IMG/VR virus record: IMGVR_UViG_3300034418_005398
Location: 1 to 62,697 of that record
Reading direction: 5' to 3' (one strand)
Origin: a virus
Taxonomy: Duplodnaviria > Caudoviricetes
DNA: 62,697 nt
In this document: positions 38,446 to 49,101 of the stretch, piece after piece
How positions within the stretch are numbered: the first letter of the stretch is position 1
How the letters are laid out: each line of letters starts with the position of its first letter
Made by a program: the position numbers and the translations under genes
The notes under the pieces: model-generated
What the model was told of the DNA's origin: nothing
Seen by the model: the letters and a program-made list of their open reading frames with translations, nothing else
Databases searched by the model: none

Positions 38446-41400
38446 TGTCCTTACTAAACCCGACTCCCGAGGAGATTGCACGCGGGTCTAGCCTGCTGGC
38501 GCCCCTCCGACCCGACTACAACCAAGCAATCGACCTTGCCGATCAAGGGGCAGGGCTTAGGCGCGTCTCTGATTTAGGAGTAGACTTCCTTAGTGGGATT
38601 GCCGCCATCCCGCAGGGCGTTGCTGGGCTGGTTCCCGGTTTGGGCGGGGTTAGTCAAGGGATAGGCGAGCTTAGGCAGGGTATGGGCGAAGCCCTGTACT
38701 CTCCGCAAAGGCAAGCAGAACAGGCGAGGCTTGCGCAAGAGCTAGCCCAAACAGAAGGGTTTTTCGATGACGCGGGGACGTACCTCCGCGCTATTGCACG
38801 CGACCCAGCATTGGGCGTGGGCGCTCTTGTGGAAACCTTGCCGGCTCTAGTCGCCACTAGACAAGTAGGTCTAGGACTTGGCGCTGCCGCTCCTAAGTTG
38901 TCTGCTCCAGCGCGAGCGGCTATCGCCGAGGGCACCGTAGCAGGTGCTCTGGCCGCTGGCGCTATTGGCGAGGAAGGGGGCGATTACTTTCAGCGTTTAG
39001 CGGGTATCCCCGCTGGTATCGCTACCGGTTTAATCTCTGGGGGAAGCAACCGACTCATCGGCAAAATGGCCCAACAGCAAGGGCTAACGGGTGCCGTGGG
39101 TCGAGGGCTAGAGCAAGCTGGCGATATTGACATCGCCCTTGTAGGCGGAGCCGGTGCAGGTAAAGGCCGGCTTTTGAACCGTATGGCGCTGGGCGGCATC
39201 CGCGAGGGTGTGTTTGAAGAACTGCCCCAGTCGCTCTCAGAACAGGCTATAACGAACTTAGCCCTTGGCGAAGACATAACCGAAGGGTTAGGCTCTGCGG
39301 CGGCTGGCGGGCTTCTCCTTGGCTCTGCTATGGGCGCAGGGTTTACTGGGATTCGCGGCGCCACCCCCGAGCCTGTCCCCGAACGCTACGTTCCCACGCG
39401 CCGAGAAACCACCGAACTCCCAGAGGCGGGGCAGGAAGTAGAGCGCCTTAGCCGTGCCAAGCGCGAGGGCGTAAGAACCAAGAGCGGAGAGCTATTTAAA
39501 ACAGAAGGCGCCGCCAAAGCAGCCCTGACCCGTCGAGGCGACAACGCGGCGGACTTCGACATTATCCGAACAGGTGGCGGCACTAGAGAAAACCCGACGA
39601 TAGGGTTTACCGCTATACGGCGTGAAGACGCAGAAGGGGTTGATTTTGAGACTCGGCAACAGGCGGCGGCAGGAGCGGAAGCAAGTGCCGAAGATAGGCA
39701 AGCCGCGCGTGCTACGCTGGAAACAGAACTCAAGGGCATAAAAGGCATAGGCAAGAAGTCTATCGACGCCGTGCTCAACGTGAAGTCAGCGGCGGAACTA
39801 GAAGCCTTACCCACATCTGTACTCAGCAACAGCCGCAAGCAGACAATTTTAAACAGCGATGCGTTTAAAACGTACGTAGAGCAGGGAGCTATACCCGACT
39901 TTCGTGGCACAGACCCTAAAGGCGCCGCGCCGGTGACTCCCGCTGAATTTATAGACCAAGACACGGCGCAACAAGAAGCCGCGCCGGTGACTCCCGCTGA
40001 ATTTATAGACCAAGACACGGCGCAACAAGAAGCCGCGCCAGACCAACCTACGCAAAAGGTTGCGGTTGAGGACGGCTTTGACGGCATATTTGACTCGCTT
40101 GACTTAGAAGAAAGCGACACTATTCCGCCGGTAAAAGCCAAGGCTAAGGCAGAAGATGTTAAGCCTAAGTTGATTAATTTAGGCCGTAGGCTGACTAGCA
40201 CGAACTTTGAAGAAGCGTTCGGTACGCCGATGGCTAATTCGCTAGACGAGGTGTATGGCGACCCCGGCACTACTACTAACGGCGTAATAGAGAAGAAGTT
40301 GATGACGCCAGACATGTTTAAAGCTGTGGCGCACTTAGCGAGAGGCATCACCCCCGCCGAAGCCAGTCGAGCCGCAAGCGACAAAAACGAGAGAGGAGTC
40401 CGCAATACTATAAATCTGGTGAACGCCATAAATAAATGGCTGGACACCGACAACAACGCGCAAAGCCGACAGCTTGTAGCGGCGTTTGAAGAACTGCACA
40501 GGGCTACGACGTCGTATGAGATGTTCACTAAAGTCTACCCTAGTACCCGCATGCTTCAAGTCGGAGCAACCAATGAGCTAGAGCCGAACAGGTCGATACC
40601 GGGGCCAGACTTTGCCGCTGAACAAGACATAGCGTTTACGCCCGAGGAATTAGACGCGCAGGCCGATTTAGTCCGAGGTGTAGTGTCCACTCCACCAGAG
40701 AAATCTGGGCTTGGCGTGATTTCGTTGGAAGCCCGTGCGCAGAGAATCGCCGACGCGATCGATGAAATAGAACAGCTGGTTGGTAGAAACAACCTGCGAG
40801 TAGTTCAGTGGCTGATGAAACGCGATACGCAAAGGGCGCAGGGTGAGGTCACTTCGGTTACCAAAGGGTCGAATTATGAGTCGTCCCCCGCGATTAGATT
40901 CCACATCTATAACCGGCGGTATCGTGAAGGCCAGCTTTTTAACTTTAGCCCAGAAAGAACCCAAACTAGAGACGCGGTTGACCAAGCGATAGAAGTGCCG
41001 GGCATTGCCCCTGACGAGAAGGTAACCTACGGGTATAACAGCGTAGTAGGGCAAACGACTTCGGGGCGACCCGTTGCCAAAACTAACACGCCTAGACTGG
41101 CTAAGCTGATAGACCAGCGTTTAGCGGAAAAAAGAGCCTCTACACCTGTAGGCGCTATGCTTGCGCACTATAGAGACGTCTCGCCTTCGCCTACCACCAA
41201 ATTGCTGGCGGGCCACTTACTAAAAATAGGTGAGCGCAACGGGTTCTTTAACAACATAGAACTTATTATTAGCCCCGTAGACGCAAAAAGCGCCGAAGCG
41301 TATGGGTTGGTTCAGCCCCGTGCTGTAGGTAGCGCGCAGTACACAATGTTTTTAGCGTCAGACGGCCAAAACGAAGCTATCGTTTTGCACGAGGTTATGC

Positions 41401-44400
41401 ACGCTGTAACGCTAGGCGCGCTTAGGCAACGTCGCGACCCAGAGATTATCGCCGCGTTAGACGCTTTGCGGAGTGAGTTTAGGAGTGAGTTTAAAAGCCG
41501 CTTCAAAATAGTTGAGGACAAGCTGAAGTTTGACCGAACAGGTCTAAACCCAACACTTGAGCTTTCACCGGAAGAACTATCCCAGCTATATACCATAATA
41601 AGCGAGACCGACCCGGCTGAGTACCAAGGGAGAGGGTATGCTAGTTACGGCGCGACTGACCCCGGCCTTGACGAGTTTGTAGCGTACGGCATGACCGATG
41701 CTACGCTCCAAAAAGTTATGGCCGCTACCCCTATACGAGACAAAGCAACTCTAAAGGCGGCTAAAGCAGGCGGGGCAAAAAACTTGTGGCAGTTTTTTGT
41801 TACGAGAATAAAGGCACTGCTAGGCATCAAAGCCGTGAAAAACTCCATGCTGTCCAGCTACATGGACGCCACGTCTTCATTGTTGGGTAACATTTATGCT
41901 CGGTCCGATGACTCGTTGACCGCGTTCGCGTTCTCTGCCGATAAAAAAGGCAAACCCGCCGCAGTAAAGGCCGCTATAGACTTCAATAACCTACCCCCTG
42001 ACATGGTGGCGAAGTCGCAGAGCGCCAAGCAAAAGGCCGCAGAAAGCAACAAAGGCCGTGAAAAGGTCACCGAGGACACTAATAAGTTTAGAGAAGATGA
42101 AAAGAAAAAGCGGCAAGATGCGGCGGCAGAAGCTGAGCAAGCGCGATTTGACGAGGTAGCGGCGGGTAAAGCAGAAACAGCCGTGCCGCAAGCTAAACGC
42201 AAAACCAGACAAGACCTTACTGTGTTTGACCAACTAGGTCGCACCACTATGAACGCCGTGGCACAACTGTTTGGGAAAGAGACGTGGGCGCAGTTAGTGG
42301 ACGGCTTGGGTAAATGGTCGGCGGACAAATTTGCCAACTTCGTATCCCAAGAGAACCCGCTGTCTGCCGCTGTCCGCGCCGTAGTGGTTGGTGTCGTAGA
42401 TAAATACGGCACGACCGAGCAATTCCGCAACTTGCTCCACGAGTACGCGCGCAATAGGCAAAACGTGTCGGCTACAGCGTATGCCGCCTATGAGACTTTG
42501 CGGAGCATGGACTCAAACGCGCAACAGGCGCTGGTTGACTACCTTGGTGAGCGCGACGACGATAAGCTAGCCAAAGCGCTAAACAACCCTGCGCACGTAG
42601 ATATGGTAAAGAAGACAGTGGCCGGTATGGAAGAACTGCTGTCAGAAGCCAAGCGCCTGCGCGTTATGCGCGAAGGGCAGGAAGACTTCACGCTAGACGA
42701 CATACTTGCGCTGTCCGACAACCCGCGCTACCGCCGTATGATTGATCGCGCTGCGGGCAACGTAGGTATTTCAGAGGCCGCTAGAGCTAAGAACTTTAAA
42801 ACAGCCACGCAGTCTATGGACTGGGTTATTACGAAGAACGGCAAGCAACTCAGCAGTCTGAAGCCGGGCCGCGATTTTTACAAAATGTACAACGCCGCTA
42901 CCGGGGACACGTACTTTGTAGAACAAGGGATTGACGAAAATCTTGTTAGGAGCAAAAACCTCGTACCTGACATGGACGACCTTTTGCCCTACAGAACCGA
43001 AAAGTTGCTATCCCAAACCGACGTACGTATGTCTCGCCGCCGAACCGTGGAGGAGATGGGCACAGAGCGCAACCCTGTACAGGTTGTAGCCTCGCTCACA
43101 GCAACCATGCAGGATATGTCGCGCCGTATTGAAGGTGCTCGTATGAACACGGCGGCACTCGTAGCGCAAGAAGGCTTAAAGGACGCTAAGTGGATACTAG
43201 ATGAGGAGGAACTAAAGAAAATCCAACAAGAATCGAGCGAGGAAATTCCAAAAGGCTCGTTACTAGACGCTGGCTCTAAAGCGATGGACCCCAAAGAGCT
43301 TCTTAGAAAGGCGAGACGACCGGGAACGTGGGTTCGCATCCCCGAGGACGCTTCTGAGTGGGGTGACCTGCAAGGTAAGTGGATGGCTGGCCCTGCGTAT
43401 GCGTCGATGGAGGATTACTTCAGCGAAGAAGCCTTGGTAGACGCAGGCGTAGCGCGTACCGCTATGCGTACGTGGAAGAAGTTTAAGACAGTCTACAGCC
43501 CCGTCGCTCACATGAACAATGTGATGGGCAACGTCATACTCTCGTACTATCACGATTTACCGGCGGGCAATATCGCACAAGCCGCTCAACTTATTATAAA
43601 CGGCGCTCGCGGCAAGCTGACTGGGCAAGACCTCAAGCTGTACGAGGAGTTTATGACGTCCGGCGCTACTCTCGGTGCGTTTAACGTGGCGGAAGTGAGC
43701 AGAGACGCGCAGACGTCTTTAGACGCGCTCGGCAAAAACTACAAAGGCAAAGACGGCGGCATCCGCAACCTAGTGGCGGTGCTTACGGAGATGGAGGGCA
43801 CCTTCGCTAAGCTGGCCGTTGGCCGCGACGCCCTAGCCGCCGGCATCAGAAAGGGCGACGCGGCGCTTGCCGATATTTACAGCAACCAAGATAACGTGTT
43901 CCGACTCGCGGCGTACATGACGCGCATCCAGCAAATCAGGGAGCGCAAGGGCGGCATTGGCGCCGCTGATAAAGACGAAGCCGCACGGTTTGCCAAAGAA
44001 GCGTTTGTAGACTACGCGATTACCGCCCCGTGGATCGTCGCCGCGCGGAACTCAGTACTGCCGTTTGTGGCGTGGCCGTACCGCATGATCCCTCTGCTGT
44101 CTAAGTTGATGCTTACAAAGCCGTGGAAAGCCGCCGCAACGCTCGGCGCCGTACACGTACTGAACAGCGTGTTCACATCTATGGCTGGAGACGACGACGA
44201 AGAAGAAGGCCGACTACTCCTAGATAATTACATGCAACACAACATCTGGGGCGTACCGGGCGTGCCTTCTTACATTCGTATGCCGTTTGGAGACGAGGAC
44301 AACCCAGTGTACTTCGGCGTCGGTCGTATGATCCCACTGGCTGATGTGCTCAACCTTGCGAACACGGGCGTCCCGCAGACGCTAGCGCCAGCTGGCCCAC

Positions 44401-44861
44401 TGTACACGCTTTTTAATGCGCTCAATAACTACGACCCGTTCCGAGGACAAGAGATCGCAGGCGTCACAGACACCGCCGCAGAAAACTTTTGGAAGAAGTT
44501 TGTGTATGTGGGCAACGACATGCTGCCGCAATTTATCGCGAGTGGCAGGCGAACTGGAGACAAGTTAGGAGTACTGAGTAGCGAAAAGCTAGGGCCGTTA
44601 GGCTCTGAGCCTAACGCGTGGGTAGAGATAAGTCGCTTGCTCGGCGTCAACGTGCGCCAAGTAAATATGCCCGAACAGCAGTACAAGCAAACGCAGGAGA
44701 TTAGAAACCTGCGCAGAGAGTACGGACGTGCTCGGTCTGCGGCACTTCGCTCCGAACTACGTAGGGGTAACCCGAACGTAGACGCCATTTACCGCGAGAT
44801 GCTAGAGTTGAATCAGCGGCAGATAGAGGCGCTAAACGCAGAGCTAGGTATTATTGATTAA
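38445..44861 (+). CDS. Giant ejection/polyvalent-like protein (2138 aa) with HhH-like motif and zincin metallopeptidase
   Basis: Gly/Ala-rich hydrophobic N-terminus, LKGIKGIGKKS, VLHEVMHA...DEFVAYGMTD, and a C-terminal region with HMNNVMGN...DNVFRLAAY...PFVAWPY. Confidence 0.8.
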   Translation: MSLLNPTPEEIARGSSLLAPLRPDYNQAIDLADQGAGLRRVSDLGVDFLSGIAAIPQGVAGLVPGLGGVSQGIGELRQGMGEALYSPQRQAEQARLAQELAQTEGFFDDAGTYLRAIARDPALGVGALVETLPALVATRQVGLGLGAAAPKLSAPARAAIAEGTVAGALAAGAIGEEGGDYFQRLAGIPAGIATGLISGGSNRLIGKMAQQQGLTGAVGRGLEQAGDIDIALVGGAGAGKGRLLNRMALGGIREGVFEELPQSLSEQAITNLALGEDITEGLGSAAAGGLLLGSAMGAGFTGIRGATPEPVPERYVPTRRETTELPEAGQEVERLSRAKREGVRTKSGELFKTEGAAKAALTRRGDNAADFDIIRTGGGTRENPTIGFTAIRREDAEGVDFETRQQAAAGAEASAEDRQAARATLETELKGIKGIGKKSIDAVLNVKSAAELEALPTSVLSNSRKQTILNSDAFKTYVEQGAIPDFRGTDPKGAAPVTPAEFIDQDTAQQEAAPVTPAEFIDQDTAQQEAAPDQPTQKVAVEDGFDGIFDSLDLEESDTIPPVKAKAKAEDVKPKLINLGRRLTSTNFEEAFGTPMANSLDEVYGDPGTTTNGVIEKKLMTPDMFKAVAHLARGITPAEASRAASDKNERGVRNTINLVNAINKWLDTDNNAQSRQLVAAFEELHRATTSYEMFTKVYPSTRMLQVGATNELEPNRSIPGPDFAAEQDIAFTPEELDAQADLVRGVVSTPPEKSGLGVISLEARAQRIADAIDEIEQLVGRNNLRVVQWLMKRDTQRAQGEVTSVTKGSNYESSPAIRFHIYNRRYREGQLFNFSPERTQTRDAVDQAIEVPGIAPDEKVTYGYNSVVGQTTSGRPVAKTNTPRLAKLIDQRLAEKRASTPVGAMLAHYRDVSPSPTTKLLAGHLLKIGERNGFFNNIELIISPVDAKSAEAYGLVQPRAVGSAQYTMFLASDGQNEAIVLHEVMHAVTLGALRQRRDPEIIAALDALRSEFRSEFKSRFKIVEDKLKFDRTGLNPTLELSPEELSQLYTIISETDPAEYQGRGYASYGATDPGLDEFVAYGMTDATLQKVMAATPIRDKATLKAAKAGGAKNLWQFFVTRIKALLGIKAVKNSMLSSYMDATSSLLGNIYARSDDSLTAFAFSADKKGKPAAVKAAIDFNNLPPDMVAKSQSAKQKAAESNKGREKVTEDTNKFREDEKKKRQDAAAEAEQARFDEVAAGKAETAVPQAKRKTRQDLTVFDQLGRTTMNAVAQLFGKETWAQLVDGLGKWSADKFANFVSQENPLSAAVRAVVVGVVDKYGTTEQFRNLLHEYARNRQNVSATAYAAYETLRSMDSNAQQALVDYLGERDDDKLAKALNNPAHVDMVKKTVAGMEELLSEAKRLRVMREGQEDFTLDDILALSDNPRYRRMIDRAAGNVGISEAARAKNFKTATQSMDWVITKNGKQLSSLKPGRDFYKMYNAATGDTYFVEQGIDENLVRSKNLVPDMDDLLPYRTEKLLSQTDVRMSRRRTVEEMGTERNPVQVVASLTATMQDMSRRIEGARMNTAALVAQEGLKDAKWILDEEELKKIQQESSEEIPKGSLLDAGSKAMDPKELLRKARRPGTWVRIPEDASEWGDLQGKWMAGPAYASMEDYFSEEALVDAGVARTAMRTWKKFKTVYSPVAHMNNVMGNVILSYYHDLPAGNIAQAAQLIINGARGKLTGQDLKLYEEFMTSGATLGAFNVAEVSRDAQTSLDALGKNYKGKDGGIRNLVAVLTEMEGTFAKLAVGRDALAAGIRKGDAALADIYSNQDNVFRLAAYMTRIQQIRERKGGIGAADKDEAARFAKEAFVDYAITAPWIVAARNSVLPFVAWPYRMIPLLSKLMLTKPWKAAATLGAVHVLNSVFTSMAGDDDEEEGRLLLDNYMQHNIWGVPGVPSYIRMPFGDEDNPVYFGVGRMIPLADVLNLANTGVPQTLAPAGPLYTLFNALNNYDPFRGQEIAGVTDTAAENFWKKFVYVGNDMLPQFIASGRRTGDKLGVLSSEKLGPLGSEPNAWVEISRLLGVNVRQVNMPEQQYKQTQEIRNLRREYGRARSAALRSELRRGNPNVDAIYREMLELNQRQIEALNAELGIID
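39924..40039 (+). repeat. Perfect 54-bp tandem duplication
   Basis: 39924-39977 equals 39978-40031 (AAPVTPAEFIDQDTAQQE x2), plus 8 further bp. Confidence 0.95.
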
Positions 44862-44870
44862 GGAATCAAC

Positions 44871-45122
44871 ATGCCCCGTAACTACAAGAGCGAATACGCA
44901 AATTATCATGGCAAAAGCGAACAAAAGAAAAAGCGTGCCAAGCGCAACAGCGCGCGCCGCCAAATGGAAAAAGCCGGCAAGGTTCGCAAAGGCGACGGCA
45001 AAGATGTTGACCATAAAAAGCCTCTAGCCAAAGGCGGAAGTAATAACCGCAGTAACCTTCAAGTTACGAGTCGCAAGAAAAACCGTAGCTTCAAACGTAC
45101 CCGCAACGCTCGTATGGCGTAA
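44871..45122 (+). CDS. Small HNH endonuclease
   Basis: DVDHKKPLAKGGSN...NLQV...N. Confidence 0.85.
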   Translation: MPRNYKSEYANYHGKSEQKKKRAKRNSARRQMEKAGKVRKGDGKDVDHKKPLAKGGSNNRSNLQVTSRKKNRSFKRTRNARMA

Positions 45123-45242
45123 AGCCCCGCTTCGTCCACTGATGGGGCTAGGTCAGCTTTAGGAGTGTATTCTGGACTAATCCGATTTTTGAAAAGGGAA
45201 AAACACCTTTGTACATCGGTGCATCGGACTCAGCACCCATAC

Positions 45243-48107
45243 TCACACCACCGCGAGCCTTGGTTTACAACTAATCGCCCCCGGTTGCGTGCTTTCAGCC
45301 GCTTCGATTAGACGTGGGTGCGACTGCACCTCTATCGCTACGCAGTAAGTTTGACCAGAAGATGCGGCTCCGCTTACGCCCTTGAACAGAGTCTTTCGCG
45401 GCTCGCTTACGCCAATGCCCATATCTTCTAGCCCCTCTCTTGCGGAACGATACTCTGCTCCATTAAGTGCACACCAATTTCGGAAGGTGGTTCTGTTTAT
45501 ATATAGCCCCCCGCCGATCAGCTTGCCGTCTTTGTCGTACGCGTACTCGGTTCTGGCGACCGCTACTTTAGGCGCAGGCAAAGCATAAGCTCTGGTTGCT
45601 CCACCACCATCGTGATCCTCTCGCCAGTGCACGATCTTATCTGCGTTCTCAGTTAAGAACTGGAACACAACGTCGAGGCTGTCTAGCTTGGTTTCACGCA
45701 TCGTCTCGCGCTGGCGTCTAACTGCCTGTAGCACGTTATCGACAGCTTTCTTGTAGTCGAACTCAATGAGTCCTAAGTCTGTGGCAATCTCGCCTATAGC
45801 GTCCGCGCACACGATCACGGAGTTTATAAACCGCTCTTGCCCAAGGAACTTGAATTGGTATTTGTCAGCGAAGCGAATGTACGCCCGCTCATATATTTCT
45901 TTTGCACCGCCGCGTTTGATGATTTCATCGACGAGCATTGGGCCGATTAGCCCGTAGTTATCCTCTAGCAGTCCTGTGAGGCGGTAGCCAAAATCCGCGT
46001 TGTCCTCAAAGATTTTTGTGCGCGGAAACGGCAACTGCAACACGCGCAACTGCTCTGCTTCTGACGAGATACGCATATTAAGCATCTCATGGATGTCCCG
46101 GTTAGATGATGCGAAGATAGGCATGTTCCAGTACGCCTGTTCTCTAAAACCATCTGCGGAACGCGACAGACGTGTGCGCTCTCTACCTTCTTGCCACGTA
46201 AAGATTTGCCTGCGCCCACGCTCTACGTCTACGGTTGTGTACTCGTCAATGTAGGCGCCGAAACTGCTGGTGATACCGAACGATTTGTATAACGAGTTAT
46301 CCGTATCGTTGACTGTGCGGATAAGTTTTGACGGCTTGCCCCACGCACTCAGCCCGAACCGAGCCGTGAGCGTTTTGCCCGAACCCGAGTCGCGCGAGTA
46401 CGCGTTCACAAACATACCTGCAATGTTAGACCCCGCCTGCAACGGAGCGCCTAGCATCATCAGGAAATAGCCGCCGTGGTACTTTAACTCTTTGTGCGCA
46501 AACAGCTTAGTCGCTTTCACCCACTTCGATACATCGCCCGTAGGGGCAAGGAACTCTTGGAACTCAGACGCCGCGCCTTCCAAATGGATATGGTCAACAT
46601 CGTCCCTGCCGTGTACACCGCGTCCAGACAAGAACGAACCATCTTTCTGCCACCCAAAGTGCCGGTAGAAATGGTCGATACTGCTGGCTTTCTGCAATTC
46701 TCTTAGGTATGTCATTAGATAACTTTTTAGCCTCGTAGTGTCCCCGCTAACATAAATTTGTTTTAGCGACAGCGCCTTGCTAAGAGTCTGGCCCCCGTCT
46801 GCTATAGCCGTCACGTCTACATCTACCACCTTTGTGCCTTCGATGGGAAGGTTTACTGCAACCTTAGCTTTCTGCTGACTCTCCTCTACATCGGCAACGC
46901 GCCCAACTACCCACAGCGCGTAAGGCGCAACGAACGTGTCTTCATTGGAGTCCTTGGGGCGAAAGTACAAGTGGTTGTCTTTTATGTGATACCCGAAAGG
47001 TAGCTCGGTTGCGACAGTCGCGCCGGTCTTGGGGTCTTCGGATACTAGCTCAGTGTGTCCTTGCGTAAGCACTGCCGGGGACTTGATCTTTCCAAAGTGG
47101 GGGCATACTGCACACACGTTAGGGCAAAGCTCGTCAAACTTCTGACACGTCGTCGGCCCCGTTCCTTGCCACCCTTCTAGCTTGCGCTTGCTGTCTGCGA
47201 AGTCAAAATCCTCGTGCCCTCCAGCCAAGGCGATGATCGCCGCGTCTACGTCCTCCGCATACTTTGCGATTCCGAGACTAGCTCTCCACATAGGCTCTTG
47301 TGGAGTGTTACCAAGCGCGTCCTTAGCACCCTGCGACTCCAGCAACGCGCTGATTTGCACGCAACCCTTTAGCGATTCCAACACCACAGGTGTACGATTG
47401 CCTTCATTAAACGCGTCTAATACGGACGACCGGCGCTCTTTGCGCTGTAACGGCGTAGTATTAGCTAAGTCCTTGTAAGGCTTTAGCGCGGTGGCTAGGG
47501 TGCGCGGGTCTATCAAGTCGATAGGCTTTGCGGCTGTTACCTCTAGCCAGTTTGTCGGGTCTTTCTTGTGTCGCGTTCCCACAGGACGCAACACCATCGC
47601 AGGGTCGTGAATCTTTGACGTATCAAAGTCCACAGCGCAAGCCGCTAATGCGGCACGCAACATTCGCGCCATAAGCTCCCAATGCCTTGCCGATATAGCG
47701 CTAGTCATTGGCCAATAGGCGTGTACACCCTTGCCCGACTTAACGAACAAAGGCTTAGGTAAATCTACTTCTGCGCACGCGCGCAACAAATCTTTTGCCG
47801 CCTCGCGTGCGTCTTCGTACTTACCCCCTACGTCAATATCGACGGCGAGAGTTTTGAATTTGTCTGCAAACACGGCTTTGCGCCTCGCGCGTAGCCGTCC
47901 AGTCCCATCTTCTTCTACGTTGTCAACAAACGTGCCTAGCGCGAAATAAACAGTGGCATCTGTTTTGTCGTAGCCTAGCGCGGCGTCAGTTAGAGATTCA
48001 ATAGAATTATGGTTTTCGTTCCATCCTTTACCGTCTGGCTTTTGCACGAAAAGTACGTAAGTACCTTCTTCGGGCAAGACGGTGCTGAAAAAATCACACG
48101 TTAACAT
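45243..48107 (-). CDS. Primase/helicase: AEP-type N-terminus plus DUF927-like P-loop domain
   Basis: VDID...SGKGVHAYW...LRPVGTRH (AEP); C-terminal FGWQ...SGSGKT...IDE...EGRERTRL. Confidence 0.85.
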   Translation of the reverse strand: MLTCDFFSTVLPEEGTYVLFVQKPDGKGWNENHNSIESLTDAALGYDKTDATVYFALGTFVDNVEEDGTGRLRARRKAVFADKFKTLAVDIDVGGKYEDAREAAKDLLRACAEVDLPKPLFVKSGKGVHAYWPMTSAISARHWELMARMLRAALAACAVDFDTSKIHDPAMVLRPVGTRHKKDPTNWLEVTAAKPIDLIDPRTLATALKPYKDLANTTPLQRKERRSSVLDAFNEGNRTPVVLESLKGCVQISALLESQGAKDALGNTPQEPMWRASLGIAKYAEDVDAAIIALAGGHEDFDFADSKRKLEGWQGTGPTTCQKFDELCPNVCAVCPHFGKIKSPAVLTQGHTELVSEDPKTGATVATELPFGYHIKDNHLYFRPKDSNEDTFVAPYALWVVGRVADVEESQQKAKVAVNLPIEGTKVVDVDVTAIADGGQTLSKALSLKQIYVSGDTTRLKSYLMTYLRELQKASSIDHFYRHFGWQKDGSFLSGRGVHGRDDVDHIHLEGAASEFQEFLAPTGDVSKWVKATKLFAHKELKYHGGYFLMMLGAPLQAGSNIAGMFVNAYSRDSGSGKTLTARFGLSAWGKPSKLIRTVNDTDNSLYKSFGITSSFGAYIDEYTTVDVERGRRQIFTWQEGRERTRLSRSADGFREQAYWNMPIFASSNRDIHEMLNMRISSEAEQLRVLQLPFPRTKIFEDNADFGYRLTGLLEDNYGLIGPMLVDEIIKRGGAKEIYERAYIRFADKYQFKFLGQERFINSVIVCADAIGEIATDLGLIEFDYKKAVDNVLQAVRRQRETMRETKLDSLDVVFQFLTENADKIVHWREDHDGGGATRAYALPAPKVAVARTEYAYDKDGKLIGGGLYINRTTFRNWCALNGAEYRSAREGLEDMGIGVSEPRKTLFKGVSGAASSGQTYCVAIEVQSHPRLIEAAESTQPGAISCKPRLAVV

Positions 48108-48167
48108 ACGCCCCCACAATACTTGTGCTCCCCCGCACGGTACGCGTACGGGGGGTCAGTATAGAGC

Positions 48168-49100
48168 CTAATCAAATAAGCTGTCCAATGCGTCCTCTAA
48201 TTCAGACAAGCTCTCCGGTGCCGCTTCCTGTTTCTTCGCCTCTGGCTCTGGCGCAGGTTCGGGCTTGGGTTCTGGCGTAATCGGCACCACGACCTCCGCA
48301 GGTTCTGCGGAGTTCGGCACCACAATCTCCGCAGGTTCTGCGGGAGGAGCGCCAATCTTGGGAGCACCCGTATCCGGCGAGGGTATGGCCGGTGCAGGCG
48401 TGTTGGGTGGGGGAATCAGCCGTACTGCGGCCTTCACATCGTCGCTCTGAGTGATCGAATCAATGGTAGGCAACGCCTTTTCCGGCAGAAAGTTCTTCAT
48501 TTTGAAGGTAACGAGCGGGAAGCTGGCGTTATCGTCAAACCCTAGCTCGGTCACGACTTCTTCTGGCACCGCCCCGTAGTTCTGCAAGTGCTTGAAGTAC
48601 TCCCGCAAAGGCTTCATCGCCGACACAGATAGCGTCAACTGGTAGACCTTCTTGGGGTCAGCCGCAGGGACAACAGCCAAATGCCGCTGGTCAGAACACA
48701 GCTTGCTCTTGGCGCCAGACGGATTGACCTTACTGCCTAACACGTTATTAGGACACAGCGCGCACGAGTCAGACACTGGGTCAGGGACTCCCGCGTTGGG
48801 TCTAACGCCGTCATCGCTAGAACACGATGGGCGTTGCTCGGTGCCGTCATAGGCTTGAGAGTAAAAAACCTTACTAGTGTTGGGGTTAATTCCCACAATC
48901 ACTACGTCTAAGGTGTTGCCTACAGGAGTCTCTACACCGGCCTCGACCAGCCGATACTTCGCGGCTTTAATAGAGATGCGGGGGAGAGACGCGCCCGATT
49001 CCGTTACTACTGCATCCAGAATGGACGAACGAGTGCCACTATCTCGACGCGCGGCCATGCGCGCGGCAATGTGGTCTGGTACTTGCATGGGACTAGTCAT
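48168..49100 (-). CDS. Putative single-stranded DNA-binding/annealing protein
   Basis: PRISIK, CSSDDG...CALCPNN...C, Pro-rich linker, acidic C-terminal LDSLFD. Lies in the replication operon. Confidence 0.65.
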   Translation of the reverse strand: MTSPMQVPDHIAARMAARRDSGTRSSILDAVVTESGASLPRISIKAAKYRLVEAGVETPVGNTLDVVIVGINPNTSKVFYSQAYDGTEQRPSCSSDDGVRPNAGVPDPVSDSCALCPNNVLGSKVNPSGAKSKLCSDQRHLAVVPAADPKKVYQLTLSVSAMKPLREYFKHLQNYGAVPEEVVTELGFDDNASFPLVTFKMKNFLPEKALPTIDSITQSDDVKAAVRLIPPPNTPAPAIPSPDTGAPKIGAPPAEPAEIVVPNSAEPAEVVVPITPEPKPEPAPEPEAKKQEAAPESLSELEDALDSLFD

Positions 49101-49101
49101 A

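Noticed and set aside
39386-40528. Long antisense ORFs (380 aa here; also 35666-36484, 34289-34903, 52471-53100, 59588-60205)
   Set aside because: These are shadow frames of well-supported genes, with Ser/Ala-rich composition, no recognisable motifs and no evident RBS.
44871-45122. LAKGGS in the HNH protein as another GG tag, or the HNH as an intron-homing enzyme
   Set aside because: The GG is part of the normal HNH loop, and no interrupted gene or intron was seen nearby.
45125-45200. Hammerhead ribozyme (CTGATG-like core)
   Set aside because: The core reads CTGATGG rather than CUGANGA, and there is no correctly placed GAAA with stems.
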